From positions 92,712-156,711 of IMG/VR virus record IMGVR_UViG_3300042197_002147: a DNA stretch of 64,000 bases, one strand, 5' to 3'. The translations under genes and the position numbers were made by a program. Origin of the DNA: a virus. Positions within the stretch are counted from its first letter, which is position 1. Every line of letters starts with the position of its first letter. The notes beneath the pieces are model-generated. The model worked only from the letters and a program-made list of their open reading frames with translations, was not told where the DNA came from and made no database searches. Positions 39,194 to 48,339 of this stretch are shown here, piece by piece.

Positions 39194-39353
39194 TGGTGTC
39201 CTCCATGATGTGCTTGAAGCAGTACTGACACAGGACTGCTGACTCTCCCTCGTTCGCAGAGTCGATGTCGCAGGGGAGTTGCGAAACGACGAAACGCTCT
39301 TGCAGTCGCGGAAGCGACTTGGCACAGTTGTCGCAGAAGAATGAATCTCTCAT
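39177..39353 (-). CDS. Small zinc-finger protein (58 aa)
   Basis: MRDSFFCDNC...LCQYC, read from sequence; GAGGA RBS. Confidence 0.55.
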   Translation of the reverse strand: MRDSFFCDNCAKSLPRLQERFVVSQLPCDIDSANEGESAVLCQYCFKHIMEDTNDATV

Positions 39354-39372
39354 GTTGATCGGTGTCCTCTTT

Positions 39373-41706
39373 TTACTTGGCGATCAGGTCGATGAAGCGG
39401 TTGAGCATGACGCGGGACTTCATGCGCTTGGCGGCGGTCGCCATGAACGCATTCTTGATCTTGGTCATGCTGGCGTCTGCCGCAAGCGTGTCCATCGCGT
39501 TGTCGTTCTCCACGCGCATATTAGCGCGGATGATGTACTGCTCCGTGTAACCACTCGCGGTCGGATGCACGATGGAGAAACCGTCATCGCGGTAGGACGC
39601 GATCTGCTTGTTGGTGTACTCGTTGTTCACCGTGCTGTTCTTCTGCACACGCGAACCGTTCTTGTCCTTCGTGTACTCGCGGAACAGGTGGGTCATGTGG
39701 TTCACATTGGGACGACCGTAGAGGAAGAACCCAATCGCATTGCACCCGGTGCGGTCGCGGAACACCTCAAGCAGAGTGTTCGTACTCGTCCCGCCGATCT
39801 CGTAGGTCTTGCGAGTGACCGGATCGGTCAGGAACTTGCGAGTGTAGTAACCGCTGCCGTAGGCAAAGCAACCCGAGGTTTCACCGTCCGTGAGGAACAC
39901 GGAGTGAACGATCTGCAGCCGGTTGTCCTCGCGGAACTTGGGCACGATCTGCATGGCGGCCGCGATGGACTCGTCAAGCGGCGTGCTGCTCAGACCAAGG
40001 CAGCTCGGGAGAGCGTAGTACGACGAACCTTCGGTCTGTCCGAGAGCAATGGCGAACAGGTTTTCCATCGCCTGCTTGAACTGATTCGGGCGCATCTTGG
40101 ACGACAGGAAGTTCAGCAGACTGAACATATGGAACTTAGCGTCGATGTTGGGATCCTTGACATTCCACTGCTGACTGCTGACGCTCTGCTCGTAGTGATC
40201 CTTGTTAGCGAGATCCTTGTGAATCACGCAGCTCGTGAACGCATAGACCTCGAACGGAATGTTGCACCGGCGGCAGAACAGAGCGATCTGCATGAGCTGC
40301 TTCACGGTGTCAAGCAGCGTAGGGCCCATCGAACCCGACCAGTCGATGAACATGACGAGTCCGTGATTCTTGCCCTCGCGCACCACAGCGTTGCGGCGGA
40401 AGATGTCATCGGTGATCTTGTAGTTCACCATGCGAACGGTGTCAAGGACGCCGGTGCGGGCGACCGAGGTACGCTTCGCAGCATCAGCAGCCTTGCGGAG
40501 GTCGAACTGCTTTGCCATCAGCGACACCACCGGCGCAGAGTCCGCAGCGAACTTGGCGTAGTCCTTGCGAGCCCGAGCGAACAGGTCGTCGTGAGTGGCG
40601 ACCGTGTTGGCGGACATGGTGGCGCGGTGCTGCGTGATCAGATCCTGAATCTCTGCGTAGGAGATGATGATCTTGTCCAAGTTGCACGACGGCAGACTAA
40701 AGTACTGATACGAACTGGCCTTCTTGTCGGTCATGTTCTTGACCGCAGAATCGAACTTCTCCTGCGTGATCGAAGAAGGCGCAGCAGACTTGTGCTGCAT
40801 CTTGTTCGCACCCGAACCCGTGGAAGCGCCAGCGTTGTTGCTCTGCGGGGTCGTCTTGTTGGGGTCGCCGTCACCACGCTGGCCAGCACCCTGCTTGCCG
40901 TTGGTGGACGAACCATCGTCCGAAGAATTCGCGTCAGCGTTGTCGATGTCCGACCCGTTGGAATCGTCCTGACCGTCACCACTCGTCGGGATCGGCGTAG
41001 TGTCACCGTCATCGCCGGCGTCACCATCGCCGCCAGAAGTCGCGTTCTGCTTCTCCGCTTCCTCCTTGAGGCGCGACTCGTACTGCCAGATGTCGTCCAC
41101 GATGTTCTTCACATCGTCAAAGGTACGGCAAGCGTCGATGCGCTTGATGAACGACTGCTCCACGGGCGAGAACTGAATACCCGTGTCCATGCAAGTGCCC
41201 ATCTTGTAGTGAAGGTTGATGCGGTCGATCAGCGACAACTTGTTGAGGTCGCGCCCCTTGACGCCGAAGAAGTCGCTGGCGACGAACTGCTCATACGCCT
41301 TGTAGAAGTCGCGGCGCATACCGGGGAACTTCTCCTTCATCAACTTTTCGATGCGGGCGTCCTCCACGATGTTCATGTAGACCTGAGCAACGGACGCATG
41401 AGCGGTTCCGGCGATCTCCTCAGCGGCGCCGCACCACGGGCCCTGCACCTTGTTGTCCGCATCGGTGTGCGGCGTGAACAGCGCGTGACCAACCTCGTGG
41501 CCGACGAGCATATCGTAGACCTCGTTGGTCATGCCCGTCCAGGCGGGCAGGATCAGGACGCGGTTCTTGGTGTCGAACGCGGCCGTGCTGGCCTTGGGGT
41601 TGTGCTGCACGGTGATGTTCTCCGTGGCGAGGATGCGCGCCAGCAGATCCTTGCTGGCGGTGTTGACGGTGCGGGCGGGCGAAGAAACGGTAGAAACAGT
41701 CTGCAT
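39373..41706 (-). CDS. Metallopeptidase-VWA protein (CobT-like partner of MoxR AAA)
   Basis: GHEVGH, NIVEDARIE, acidic linker, MIDAS DWSGSM, STPL, LTDGE. Confidence 0.88.
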   Translation of the reverse strand: MQTVSTVSSPARTVNTASKDLLARILATENITVQHNPKASTAAFDTKNRVLILPAWTGMTNEVYDMLVGHEVGHALFTPHTDADNKVQGPWCGAAEEIAGTAHASVAQVYMNIVEDARIEKLMKEKFPGMRRDFYKAYEQFVASDFFGVKGRDLNKLSLIDRINLHYKMGTCMDTGIQFSPVEQSFIKRIDACRTFDDVKNIVDDIWQYESRLKEEAEKQNATSGGDGDAGDDGDTTPIPTSGDGQDDSNGSDIDNADANSSDDGSSTNGKQGAGQRGDGDPNKTTPQSNNAGASTGSGANKMQHKSAAPSSITQEKFDSAVKNMTDKKASSYQYFSLPSCNLDKIIISYAEIQDLITQHRATMSANTVATHDDLFARARKDYAKFAADSAPVVSLMAKQFDLRKAADAAKRTSVARTGVLDTVRMVNYKITDDIFRRNAVVREGKNHGLVMFIDWSGSMGPTLLDTVKQLMQIALFCRRCNIPFEVYAFTSCVIHKDLANKDHYEQSVSSQQWNVKDPNIDAKFHMFSLLNFLSSKMRPNQFKQAMENLFAIALGQTEGSSYYALPSCLGLSSTPLDESIAAAMQIVPKFREDNRLQIVHSVFLTDGETSGCFAYGSGYYTRKFLTDPVTRKTYEIGGTSTNTLLEVFRDRTGCNAIGFFLYGRPNVNHMTHLFREYTKDKNGSRVQKNSTVNNEYTNKQIASYRDDGFSIVHPTASGYTEQYIIRANMRVENDNAMDTLAADASMTKIKNAFMATAAKRMKSRVMLNRFIDLIAK

Positions 41707-41990
41707 AGACCCCCATTTTACCAAAACCCTGTAAAACCTGCAAGCCTAGAATCTATCTTTTCTAAGTCCTTATAGGACAATGACTTACGCTCTTTTCCGG
41801 GGGGTAGCGTCCGATAATAACTATCATCGCGTCCGATAATATCGAGGTGCGCGAAAAACCCCTGTTTTTATAGGGATAACTAATCCGGACTTTGAAAATT
41901 GATCGTAAGTCCTTTATTATCAGGGGTTTAAGAAAATGGTAGCTGGGGGGTTGCGTCTTTGGCGCCGTTTTGGTAGAATGGGGGTCTATG
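41704..41990. promoter_or_regulatory. Back-to-back leaderless sigma70 promoters with dyad operators
   Basis: TTGCAG-17-TAAAAT (-) and TTGCGT-17-TAGAAT (+), both followed by GGGGGTCT-ATG. Confidence 0.75.
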
Positions 41991-43247
41991 TCTACTCTCT
42001 CTGCCAAGCAGAACTCGTTCGTTTCCGCTCTCGCCTCCATCACCACCGCGTCGCCCGTGTCGCGTCAGGATCTCCTGCGCGCCGCGAACAGCATCGGGCA
42101 GAAGTTCCCGCCCGCGTGGATCGTCAAGGACACCGCGCGCCACGCCGGTCGCGGTCTGTTCCATGTCCCCGAACTGACCGGCGGTGCGGTGACGGCCGCT
42201 CCCGCGACCAAGAAGGTCGCCGCGCCCAAGTCGGAACCCGCGCCCGTCAAGTCGGTGCCGGTTGCGACTGCGCCGGTCAAGATCGCCGCTGCTGCGCCCA
42301 TGCAACTCGCTGGCGCTGCTGCGTCCGTCATGGGTATGACGGGTGGCGAGCGTTCGACGCTCATCCCCGCCGTCTGCCCGGAGTATGTCGCGTGGGGTCA
42401 CTTCAGCGACATCGAAAAGATTCTCAAGACCGGGATGTTCGCGCCGGTGTTCGTCACGGGTCTGTCGGGCAACGGCAAGACCACGATGATCGAACAGGTC
42501 TGCGCGAAGCTCGGGCGCGAGTGCTTCCGCGTCAACATCGTCGCGGAGACTGACGAGGACGATCTGTTCGGCGGTTTCCGTCTGAACAACGGGAACATGG
42601 AGTGGCACGACGGCCCCGTTGTGCTTGCGATGAAGCGCGGCGCGGTGCTGCTGCTTGACGAGATCGACCTCGGCAGCGACAAGCTCATGTGCTTGCAGTC
42701 GGTGCTTGAGGGCAAGGGCGTCTACCTCAAGAAGATCAACCAGTGGGTCGTGCCGCAGTCCGGGTTCACGGTGTTCGCCACCGCGAACACGAAGGGCAAG
42801 GGTGACGAGGCGGGTCGGTTCGCCGGCACTCGCGTCCTCAACGAGGCGATGCTTGACCGTTTCGACTACACCTACGAGCAGGAGTACGCCAGCAAGGCGA
42901 CCGAGAAGAAGATCCTGCTGCGCGCCATGAAGAAGTTCGGCGCGACGGACGATGCGTTCGCGGACAACCTCACCAAGTGGGCGGACATGATCCGCAAGGC
43001 GTACATGGAGGGCGCCTGCGACGAGATCATCTCCACTCGCCGTCTGATCAACATCTGCAAGGCGAACATCGTGTTCGCTGACAAGGTGAAGGCGGTCAAG
43101 ATGGCGCTGTGCCGGTTCGACACTTCCACGCAGGAGTCGTTCTTCAACTCGTACAGCAAGATCGACGCGGAGGTTGCGAACGCGCAGGACGCCGCTGCTG
43201 CTGCCCAGGCGCAGCCCACGCAGACCACCACCACTTGCCCGTTCTGA
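41988..43247 (+). CDS. MoxR/CbbQ-family AAA+ ATPase (phage CobS-like)
   Basis: GLSGNGKT, LLLDEID, ATANTKG, LNEAMLDRF, ISTRRL. Confidence 0.92.
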   Translation: MSTLSAKQNSFVSALASITTASPVSRQDLLRAANSIGQKFPPAWIVKDTARHAGRGLFHVPELTGGAVTAAPATKKVAAPKSEPAPVKSVPVATAPVKIAAAAPMQLAGAAASVMGMTGGERSTLIPAVCPEYVAWGHFSDIEKILKTGMFAPVFVTGLSGNGKTTMIEQVCAKLGRECFRVNIVAETDEDDLFGGFRLNNGNMEWHDGPVVLAMKRGAVLLLDEIDLGSDKLMCLQSVLEGKGVYLKKINQWVVPQSGFTVFATANTKGKGDEAGRFAGTRVLNEAMLDRFDYTYEQEYASKATEKKILLRAMKKFGATDDAFADNLTKWADMIRKAYMEGACDEIISTRRLINICKANIVFADKVKAVKMALCRFDTSTQESFFNSYSKIDAEVANAQDAAAAAQAQPTQTTTTCPF

Positions 43248-43263
43248 TCGGAGGAACCACGCG

Positions 43264-43794
43264 ATGATGCCCATTCCCAAGAATCCTCCCTCCATCTCGG
43301 AGGGTTTTTCGTTTGAAGAAATCGTGAAGGGAATTCAAGAACTCACGATACTGGCGAAAGAAAACACCGTGAGTGATCCGATTCTCGAAAAGGAGTCCGA
43401 AGAAATGTCCGACAATCCGTACTGCGTTCAGCAACCGGGTGCCACACGCACTCCCCTGCGAACACCAAATCAAACTGTGCAGGGAAACCTCACCGCCGCA
43501 ACTCTGCGGGCCAATGGTGGTCGAAAGGTGTTTCACTTCTATTGGACTGGCGAGATGAACGACACGGAGTTTGTGCATCTGTTCGTTGAGTGTCCTCAAT
43601 CCAATCTTGGTTCCGACAGCGTACTCAATCGGACATTCATTCGTGAAGGATCGTGGATGATTGACAACAACACCTTCTACAGTCTGTCCAAGCAGGAGGC
43701 GCGGCGCATTTGGGATTATCTTCAGCGTCAGGGATACGCTTGCGAGAGCGGCGCGCGCCCGTTGGGAATGACCACGCTCATCAAACCGGAATAA
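43264..43794 (+). CDS. Hypothetical protein
   Basis: GGAGG RBS; a second RBS and ATG lie near 43405. Confidence 0.6.
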   Translation: MMPIPKNPPSISEGFSFEEIVKGIQELTILAKENTVSDPILEKESEEMSDNPYCVQQPGATRTPLRTPNQTVQGNLTAATLRANGGRKVFHFYWTGEMNDTEFVHLFVECPQSNLGSDSVLNRTFIREGSWMIDNNTFYSLSKQEARRIWDYLQRQGYACESGARPLGMTTLIKPE

Positions 43795-43798
43795 AACG

Positions 43799-43823
43799 CC
43801 CGCGCCCAGGCGCGGGTTTTTTT
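43799..43823 (+). terminator. Intrinsic terminator
   Basis: CCCGCGCC/GGCGCGGG plus T7. Confidence 0.85.
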
Positions 43824-43833
43824 ATTTTACCCC

Positions 43834-43861
43834 TTGACTATCATCAAATGTTTGTTATAAT
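43834..43861 (+). promoter_or_regulatory. sigma70-type promoter
   Basis: TTGACT-16-TATAAT. Confidence 0.65.
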
Positions 43862-43887
43862 AAATCTCGTTCAAGAAAGGAACACAT

Positions 43888-44103
43888 ATGAACACTACAA
43901 CTACTACCAATTCCAACGCTACGGGTTGCCCGATTGATTTCGCCGCTCTTGAGAACAACTCAAAGGCGGGGCGTGTCACCCTTGATATGCTCGTCGCTCA
44001 GACGGGTATGAACAAGGCATCGGTTCGCAAGGCGCTCGTCAGTCACTTCGGTTCGCGGATTACTTTCGCCCGAGGTCGCGTTGGTGGCATTCGCATCGTC
44101 TGA
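43888..44103 (+). CDS. Small winged-HTH protein
   Basis: TLDML..QTGMN..SVRKAL...RGRVGGI (Rrf2-like wing). Confidence 0.6.
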   Translation: MNTTTTTNSNATGCPIDFAALENNSKAGRVTLDMLVAQTGMNKASVRKALVSHFGSRITFARGRVGGIRIV

Positions 44104-44223
44104 TCGAATGCAACGCGCCGAGTGCAACGCTCGGCACATTCCCGGCCCAATGCCAATGGCAAAGCTTCGGCGTGCCATTGGCATTGGCGCCAGATGGGGT
44201 GTGCCATTTCCACTTTTTGGTGG

Positions 44224-44251
44224 TTGACAAATTATAGGACTCAAGTATAAT
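44224..44251 (+). promoter_or_regulatory. sigma70-type promoter (leaderless)
   Basis: TTGACA-16-TATAAT, ATG at 44259. Confidence 0.7.
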
Positions 44252-44258
44252 GGACAGC

Positions 44259-45008
44259 ATGACCAAGCACCCACTTTTCAAGGTTTGGAGTTTTCCTTCC
44301 GTTCAGATGACGCGCATGAGTGTCATTCGCAGCGAAATGGTCGTTCTCAATGTGAAGTACGAGGACAAGGACAAGGCGAAGCAGACCATCGGCGCGCAGT
44401 TCGATCCTCTCTCGCAGATGTGGTTCTTCAACAAGGACACGCGATGGAACCGCGATCTTGATCTGCACGGCACCGTGATGAAGTCGATCAACGACAACAA
44501 TTGGTTCGTCGGTTTCTCCTACACGGATCGTCGGTCATCTCTGACCAAGTACGAAACTCCGTACTGCAACTACTCCTGGCTCAACCAGCCTCTGACGCCG
44601 GACGAGCTCTCGGACAAGAATCGCGCCACAACCTACACTTGGTACAAGAAGGGCGACGACGGCGGACTGTTCCTGCCTCTCGTTGAGATCGTCATCGTCA
44701 AGCGTGAGGGACATTCGATTTCTTTCGTCGTGGTCTACCAAGATCATCCGATTGATTGTGTGGTGCAGTCCGTTCGTGAGATTCCGATGGAAGAGGCTCG
44801 CAAGTTGTGGGATGTGTGTGAGAAGAACTACAGGCCCAACACATACGGAGCAACGAGCGGATGGAACGCAAAGGCAAAGGACTTCATCGAACACGCGATT
44901 GTGGCGGCTGGTGTGGAAGCACTTGCCGTGGAGTCTGCCGTGAAAACGCCGATGTATCAGCACAAGACGCCTGTGAACAATCCGACCAACTATGCCCTCA
45001 CTGCCTAA
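44259..45008 (+). CDS. DUF5710-containing protein
   Basis: LNVKYEDKDKAK..IGAQFDP...WF. Confidence 0.65.
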   Translation: MTKHPLFKVWSFPSVQMTRMSVIRSEMVVLNVKYEDKDKAKQTIGAQFDPLSQMWFFNKDTRWNRDLDLHGTVMKSINDNNWFVGFSYTDRRSSLTKYETPYCNYSWLNQPLTPDELSDKNRATTYTWYKKGDDGGLFLPLVEIVIVKREGHSISFVVVYQDHPIDCVVQSVREIPMEEARKLWDVCEKNYRPNTYGATSGWNAKAKDFIEHAIVAAGVEALAVESAVKTPMYQHKTPVNNPTNYALTA

Positions 45009-45318
45009 TTCGTACTTTGAGATTGTCTCGGACAACAACATCCCCGGTATGCGGCGACACGGTTTCCGCATTCGTTTCGATAGCGGGTACATGATCTCTG
45101 CCATTTTTGGTACGAACATCTATTGTTCGTGTCCTAATGAAATCACAGAGGTCAATCAGTACCCATCATGTGCCGATGTCGAAGTCGCCATCATTGGCCC
45201 CGATGGCGAGTTCGTGAAGTTCAAGGACGGCGAAGATGTGAAGGGTCGCGTGGCTCCTTCAGAGTTCGTGGAGATTGTTTCGTGGGTCAGCAAGATTGAA
45301 AGGAAAGAAAGCAAGTGA
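44992..45318 (+). CDS. Hypothetical phage protein
   Basis: F.F..GY.IS..FG...Y...EVAI pattern. Confidence 0.6.
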   Translation: MPSLPNSYFEIVSDNNIPGMRRHGFRIRFDSGYMISAIFGTNIYCSCPNEITEVNQYPSCADVEVAIIGPDGEFVKFKDGEDVKGRVAPSEFVEIVSWVSKIERKESK

Positions 45319-45578
45319 ACACCTTTGACAACGGCGACGAGGAAATCTCGTCATTTATGAATGAACTCAACTCCATCGTGAAGAAGGCGAGTGAGAGGTT
45401 CGCGCAGTGCGAGGAACGGCTCGAACAGTTCATCAAGCAGGAACTCATTGAGATTCTTGTCGATGAGAACGGGTACTTTCACTACAGAGTGACGGACAAA
45501 GGCATACAGCAACTCCGCGAGGATGGTCTTGTTCTCCCTCCGGGCGACAACTTCATCAATCCGTGGAGGCTCGCATGA
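45315..45578 (+). CDS. Hypothetical protein
   Basis: GTGA overlap, RBS. Confidence 0.6.
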   Translation: MNTFDNGDEEISSFMNELNSIVKKASERFAQCEERLEQFIKQELIEILVDENGYFHYRVTDKGIQQLREDGLVLPPGDNFINPWRLA

Positions 45579-45850
45579 GTGCCTATCCCCACATGGTCAC
45601 GATTGAACGGGATGGAATCGACGCGAACTATCTGTTCTCTACTGCCGAAGAGGCGGAGAAGTTCTACAGAAAGATGGATCGCCATTACATGATCGTGGAC
45701 TCAGAGACTTGGGTTTTTTCGCCAACGCAACTCCGTGTGTTTGACAAGCACGAAGATGCTCTCGCGGAGGAACTTGACGGGGAAGCACTCGCTCTAAATA
45801 CAGAGGCAGACGAGAACAACGATTTGTTCCGAACCACAGACGGAGAATAA
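45575..45850 (+). CDS. Hypothetical protein
   Basis: ATGA overlap, GGAGG. Confidence 0.6.
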   Translation: MSAYPHMVTIERDGIDANYLFSTAEEAEKFYRKMDRHYMIVDSETWVFSPTQLRVFDKHEDALAEELDGEALALNTEADENNDLFRTTDGE

Positions 45851-45852
45851 AA

Positions 45853-46110
45853 ATGGAAAACAAAAACATCACAGGACGACTTTTGGAAATGGCGGACAGG
45901 TGGCAGAATGCTGACCGCGATGTGTTTCGTGTGTGCCGTGATGCTGCTGAGGAAGTCCGCGTTCTTCAGACGCAGATCGAAGGAATGAAGCGGGAGATTG
46001 CCGTTTATCAGAGCTGGTCATCTCCTCGTTTTTGGCCAGAAACCGGCTACCACACTCAGTATAAAGACCCAACGAGCAGCCTTGGGTGGGGAAAGGGCAA
46101 GGATGAATAA
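45853..46110 (+). CDS. Hypothetical protein
   Basis: GGAG RBS; coiled coil. Confidence 0.6.
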   Translation: MENKNITGRLLEMADRWQNADRDVFRVCRDAAEEVRVLQTQIEGMKREIAVYQSWSSPRFWPETGYHTQYKDPTSSLGWGKGKDE

Positions 46111-46225
46111 TCCTCCGCCCTTTTGGTCGTTCATGCTTCTCGCCTTTGCGCCTGTTTTGGTTCTCGTTCTTTGCGAGGTCTATATCCATGTGAGAGAGGC
46201 GATTCGCAAAAAGTGGTACTACTGA
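46103..46225 (+). CDS. Small membrane protein
   Basis: Single TM FWSFMLLAFAPVLVLVLC. Confidence 0.5.
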   Translation: MNNPPPFWSFMLLAFAPVLVLVLCEVYIHVREAIRKKWYY

Positions 46226-46227
46226 AA

Positions 46228-46479
46228 ATGCCAAACTACGAACCAATAGACTACCGCCTACGCTGCCATACCAAGCGCACCGATCTTCCTGCGGATGTTC
46301 TGCGGGACATTGGTGAGGCGTATGCGGAGATTGAACAGTTGCAAAAGGAGCGCGACGAGGCGAGGCTGCGGACGGGACGCATCTTCAACGAGATCGACTG
46401 CCGAATCGAACACGGCGCCGATAGCAATGGACATCTTGAAGCCATCCGCAACTTGTTCAAGGAGAACAACAATGCTTGA
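46228..46479 (+). CDS. Hypothetical protein (EIE.L..ERDEAR family)
   Basis: Motif shared with 46527. Confidence 0.6.
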   Translation: MPNYEPIDYRLRCHTKRTDLPADVLRDIGEAYAEIEQLQKERDEARLRTGRIFNEIDCRIEHGADSNGHLEAIRNLFKENNNA

Positions 46480-46526
46480 CAAACAATCGCTTGCAGAACT
46501 GGCTGACATTTACAAGGAGAACACAA

Positions 46527-46805
46527 ATGACTGACACCACCCCCAAGTTTGACCCCATCCCCCGCCTTCAGCAGATTGCCGCAACCATTGAGGAGAGTGG
46601 TGCAGACATCTTTGATGCTCCCGCCACCGCTGTTCACTACATTGAGTGCGCCATCAAGGAGATTGAGCGTCTACGCAACGAGCGCGACGAGGCGAGGCGG
46701 ATGCTGTGTATCGAATTGGAGGAGCATGGACCTGTCCGCCGGAACAAGGAGCAGATCGCCATGTGGTGTGGCTGGGACTGCTTCAAGGAGGACGGCAATG
46801 GATGA
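46527..46805 (+). CDS. Hypothetical protein (ERDEARR..GWDCF family)
   Basis: AAGGAG RBS; shared motif. Confidence 0.6.
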   Translation: MTDTTPKFDPIPRLQQIAATIEESGADIFDAPATAVHYIECAIKEIERLRNERDEARRMLCIELEEHGPVRRNKEQIAMWCGWDCFKEDGNG

Positions 46806-47079
46806 CAAGAGATGGCAGGAACTGATGCAACCCTTCAACGGGGACGAGAGCATCACGCTCACACCCGAAGAACTACAAGAGGGATGGCATTGGTGCGAGG
46901 AGTGGGATGGACTGTTGATTCATCCCGATGATGCCGAATTTCGCTCTTGCGCCTGTTCGTGGATGGATAAGTATCGCACACCCGAACGAATGGAAAGGCA
47001 CAAAAGGCAAGAAGCACTTGATCGAATCTCGGCCTTGGACGATGAGATGGGGCGAAACCCCGGACAGGAAAAACAATGA
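46798..47079 (+). CDS. Hypothetical protein
   Basis: GWHWCEEWDGLLI...C.C. Confidence 0.6.
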   Translation: MDDKRWQELMQPFNGDESITLTPEELQEGWHWCEEWDGLLIHPDDAEFRSCACSWMDKYRTPERMERHKRQEALDRISALDDEMGRNPGQEKQ

Positions 47080-47261
47080 TACAAGAACAACTTCAAAAAG
47101 AGAATGAGATTCTAAAGGCAGAGCTCGAAGCAACCAAAAATGCCCTTTACAAGATGGAGGAGCGCGCCGTTTGGTGGGAGCATACCGCCAATGTGTACAG
47201 GGAACAAATCGAAGAAATCAACGACAACCCGGTTGGATCAATCACCGAAGGCGCCGATTGA
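47076..47261 (+). CDS. Hypothetical coiled-coil protein
   Basis: ATGA overlap. Confidence 0.55.
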   Translation: MIQEQLQKENEILKAELEATKNALYKMEERAVWWEHTANVYREQIEEINDNPVGSITEGAD

Positions 47262-47263
47262 CA

Positions 47264-47668
47264 TCATTTGTCGTCATGTAGATTGCGAACAGGAACACCG
47301 AGTCTGCTGCCAACTCTGCGGTAGATTCGGTCTTTCTTTTCATTGTCAGTCTCAAAGTAAATCACAGACGGCTTGTGTTGCTTCACGAAGTGTTGCACAT
47401 GGGAGAACACCGAGGACAGAACTTTTGTTCTGTCCTTTTTTTGTGGCGCCACTTTGTGCTTGCCGTCTACGCGAAATGCGACATAGACTTCCCCTGCGCC
47501 GCTTTCCGGTCTTTCACCGACTCCAAATATTTTGGTTTCAAGTTTATTTTTCTTGTCAATGTATTTGGTATGCACGCCGTTCCATTCTGTTGTCATATGG
47601 GGGTGCTGCACTGGGACACGGCGTTTAGGCGAAAAGATTTCAGAGAGGTACTGACGGAATGATTTCAC
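47264..47668 (-). CDS. CTS-like late protein, paralog of 52798
   Basis: MKSFRQYLSEIF; upstream TATAAATA and GGAG. Confidence 0.7.
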   Translation of the reverse strand: MKSFRQYLSEIFSPKRRVPVQHPHMTTEWNGVHTKYIDKKNKLETKIFGVGERPESGAGEVYVAFRVDGKHKVAPQKKDRTKVLSSVFSHVQHFVKQHKPSVIYFETDNEKKDRIYRRVGSRLGVPVRNLHDDK

Positions 47669-47942
47669 TAGTAGATGTTCTCCAAGTAGTATTTATATGT
47701 CTGTGATCGGGGGTATGGAGGGGGTGTGGAGTGGGGTAAGGTGGGAGAGAGTGGGACTGGCGCCATTTGTGTGCCATTTTGGGGGTGCCGAGGGGGTCGC
47801 TGGCAGTGCGGAGCAAAAGGGTGGCGGGAATGTGGCACTTAGGCGTATTTCTAGACTTCCCCCGCCACGCGCCAAAGGTCCGCCCAAAGCTTAGAGCCCA
47901 TTGCCACGGCAAAACACGCCAATAAATCTAGGGTTTTTTCTC

Positions 47943-47971
47943 TTGCGTCCGATAACCTTTTCCTATACAAT
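47943..47971 (+). promoter_or_regulatory. sigma70-type promoter (leaderless)
   Basis: TTGCGT-17-TACAAT, ATG at 47979. Confidence 0.7.
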
Positions 47972-47978
47972 ACATCCC

Positions 47979-48305
47979 ATGAAGAACGATTCTACCCCCG
48001 TGGATGACTTTGACGCAAACATCACCTGTGAGGAATTCTACATGGAACGCGATTGGGAAGACGACGAGGACGAGGATTTCGAGGACGAGGATGAGCTCGA
48101 TGACGACTCGGACGACTTTGATGACGAGGACTCAGACGATGAGGACTACGAGGACGATGACGAGGATGACGACTACGAGGACGACGACGAGGATTGGGAG
48201 GACATGGAGGATGATGTCTCCGACTGCTTTGAGTGCGACGGCAGCGTGAGCGAGAATGGGTTCGCACGCCTTTTCGACATGGAGCGCCGTGGTTATTTCG
48301 CATAA
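47979..48305 (+). CDS. Extremely acidic small protein
   Basis: Central run of ~55 aa almost entirely D/E. Confidence 0.75.
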   Translation: MKNDSTPVDDFDANITCEEFYMERDWEDDEDEDFEDEDELDDDSDDFDDEDSDDEDYEDDDEDDDYEDDDEDWEDMEDDVSDCFECDGSVSENGFARLFDMERRGYFA

Positions 48306-48339
48306 TGTCGTTTCGCAATTCGTTTACGGAATCTCACAC

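Noticed and set aside
39265-41775. 836-aa plus-strand ORF
   Set aside because: Antisense shadow of the VWA gene, caused by GC3-biased codons; no motifs, RBS or promoter
39373-43247. Cobalamin biosynthesis cobS/cobT
   Set aside because: Generic phage MoxR AAA/VWA pair; no cobN or other cob genes in the window
41928-43295. 455-aa minus-strand ORF (similarly 49389-50048, 49906-50832, 12668-13357)
   Set aside because: Antisense shadows of well-supported genes
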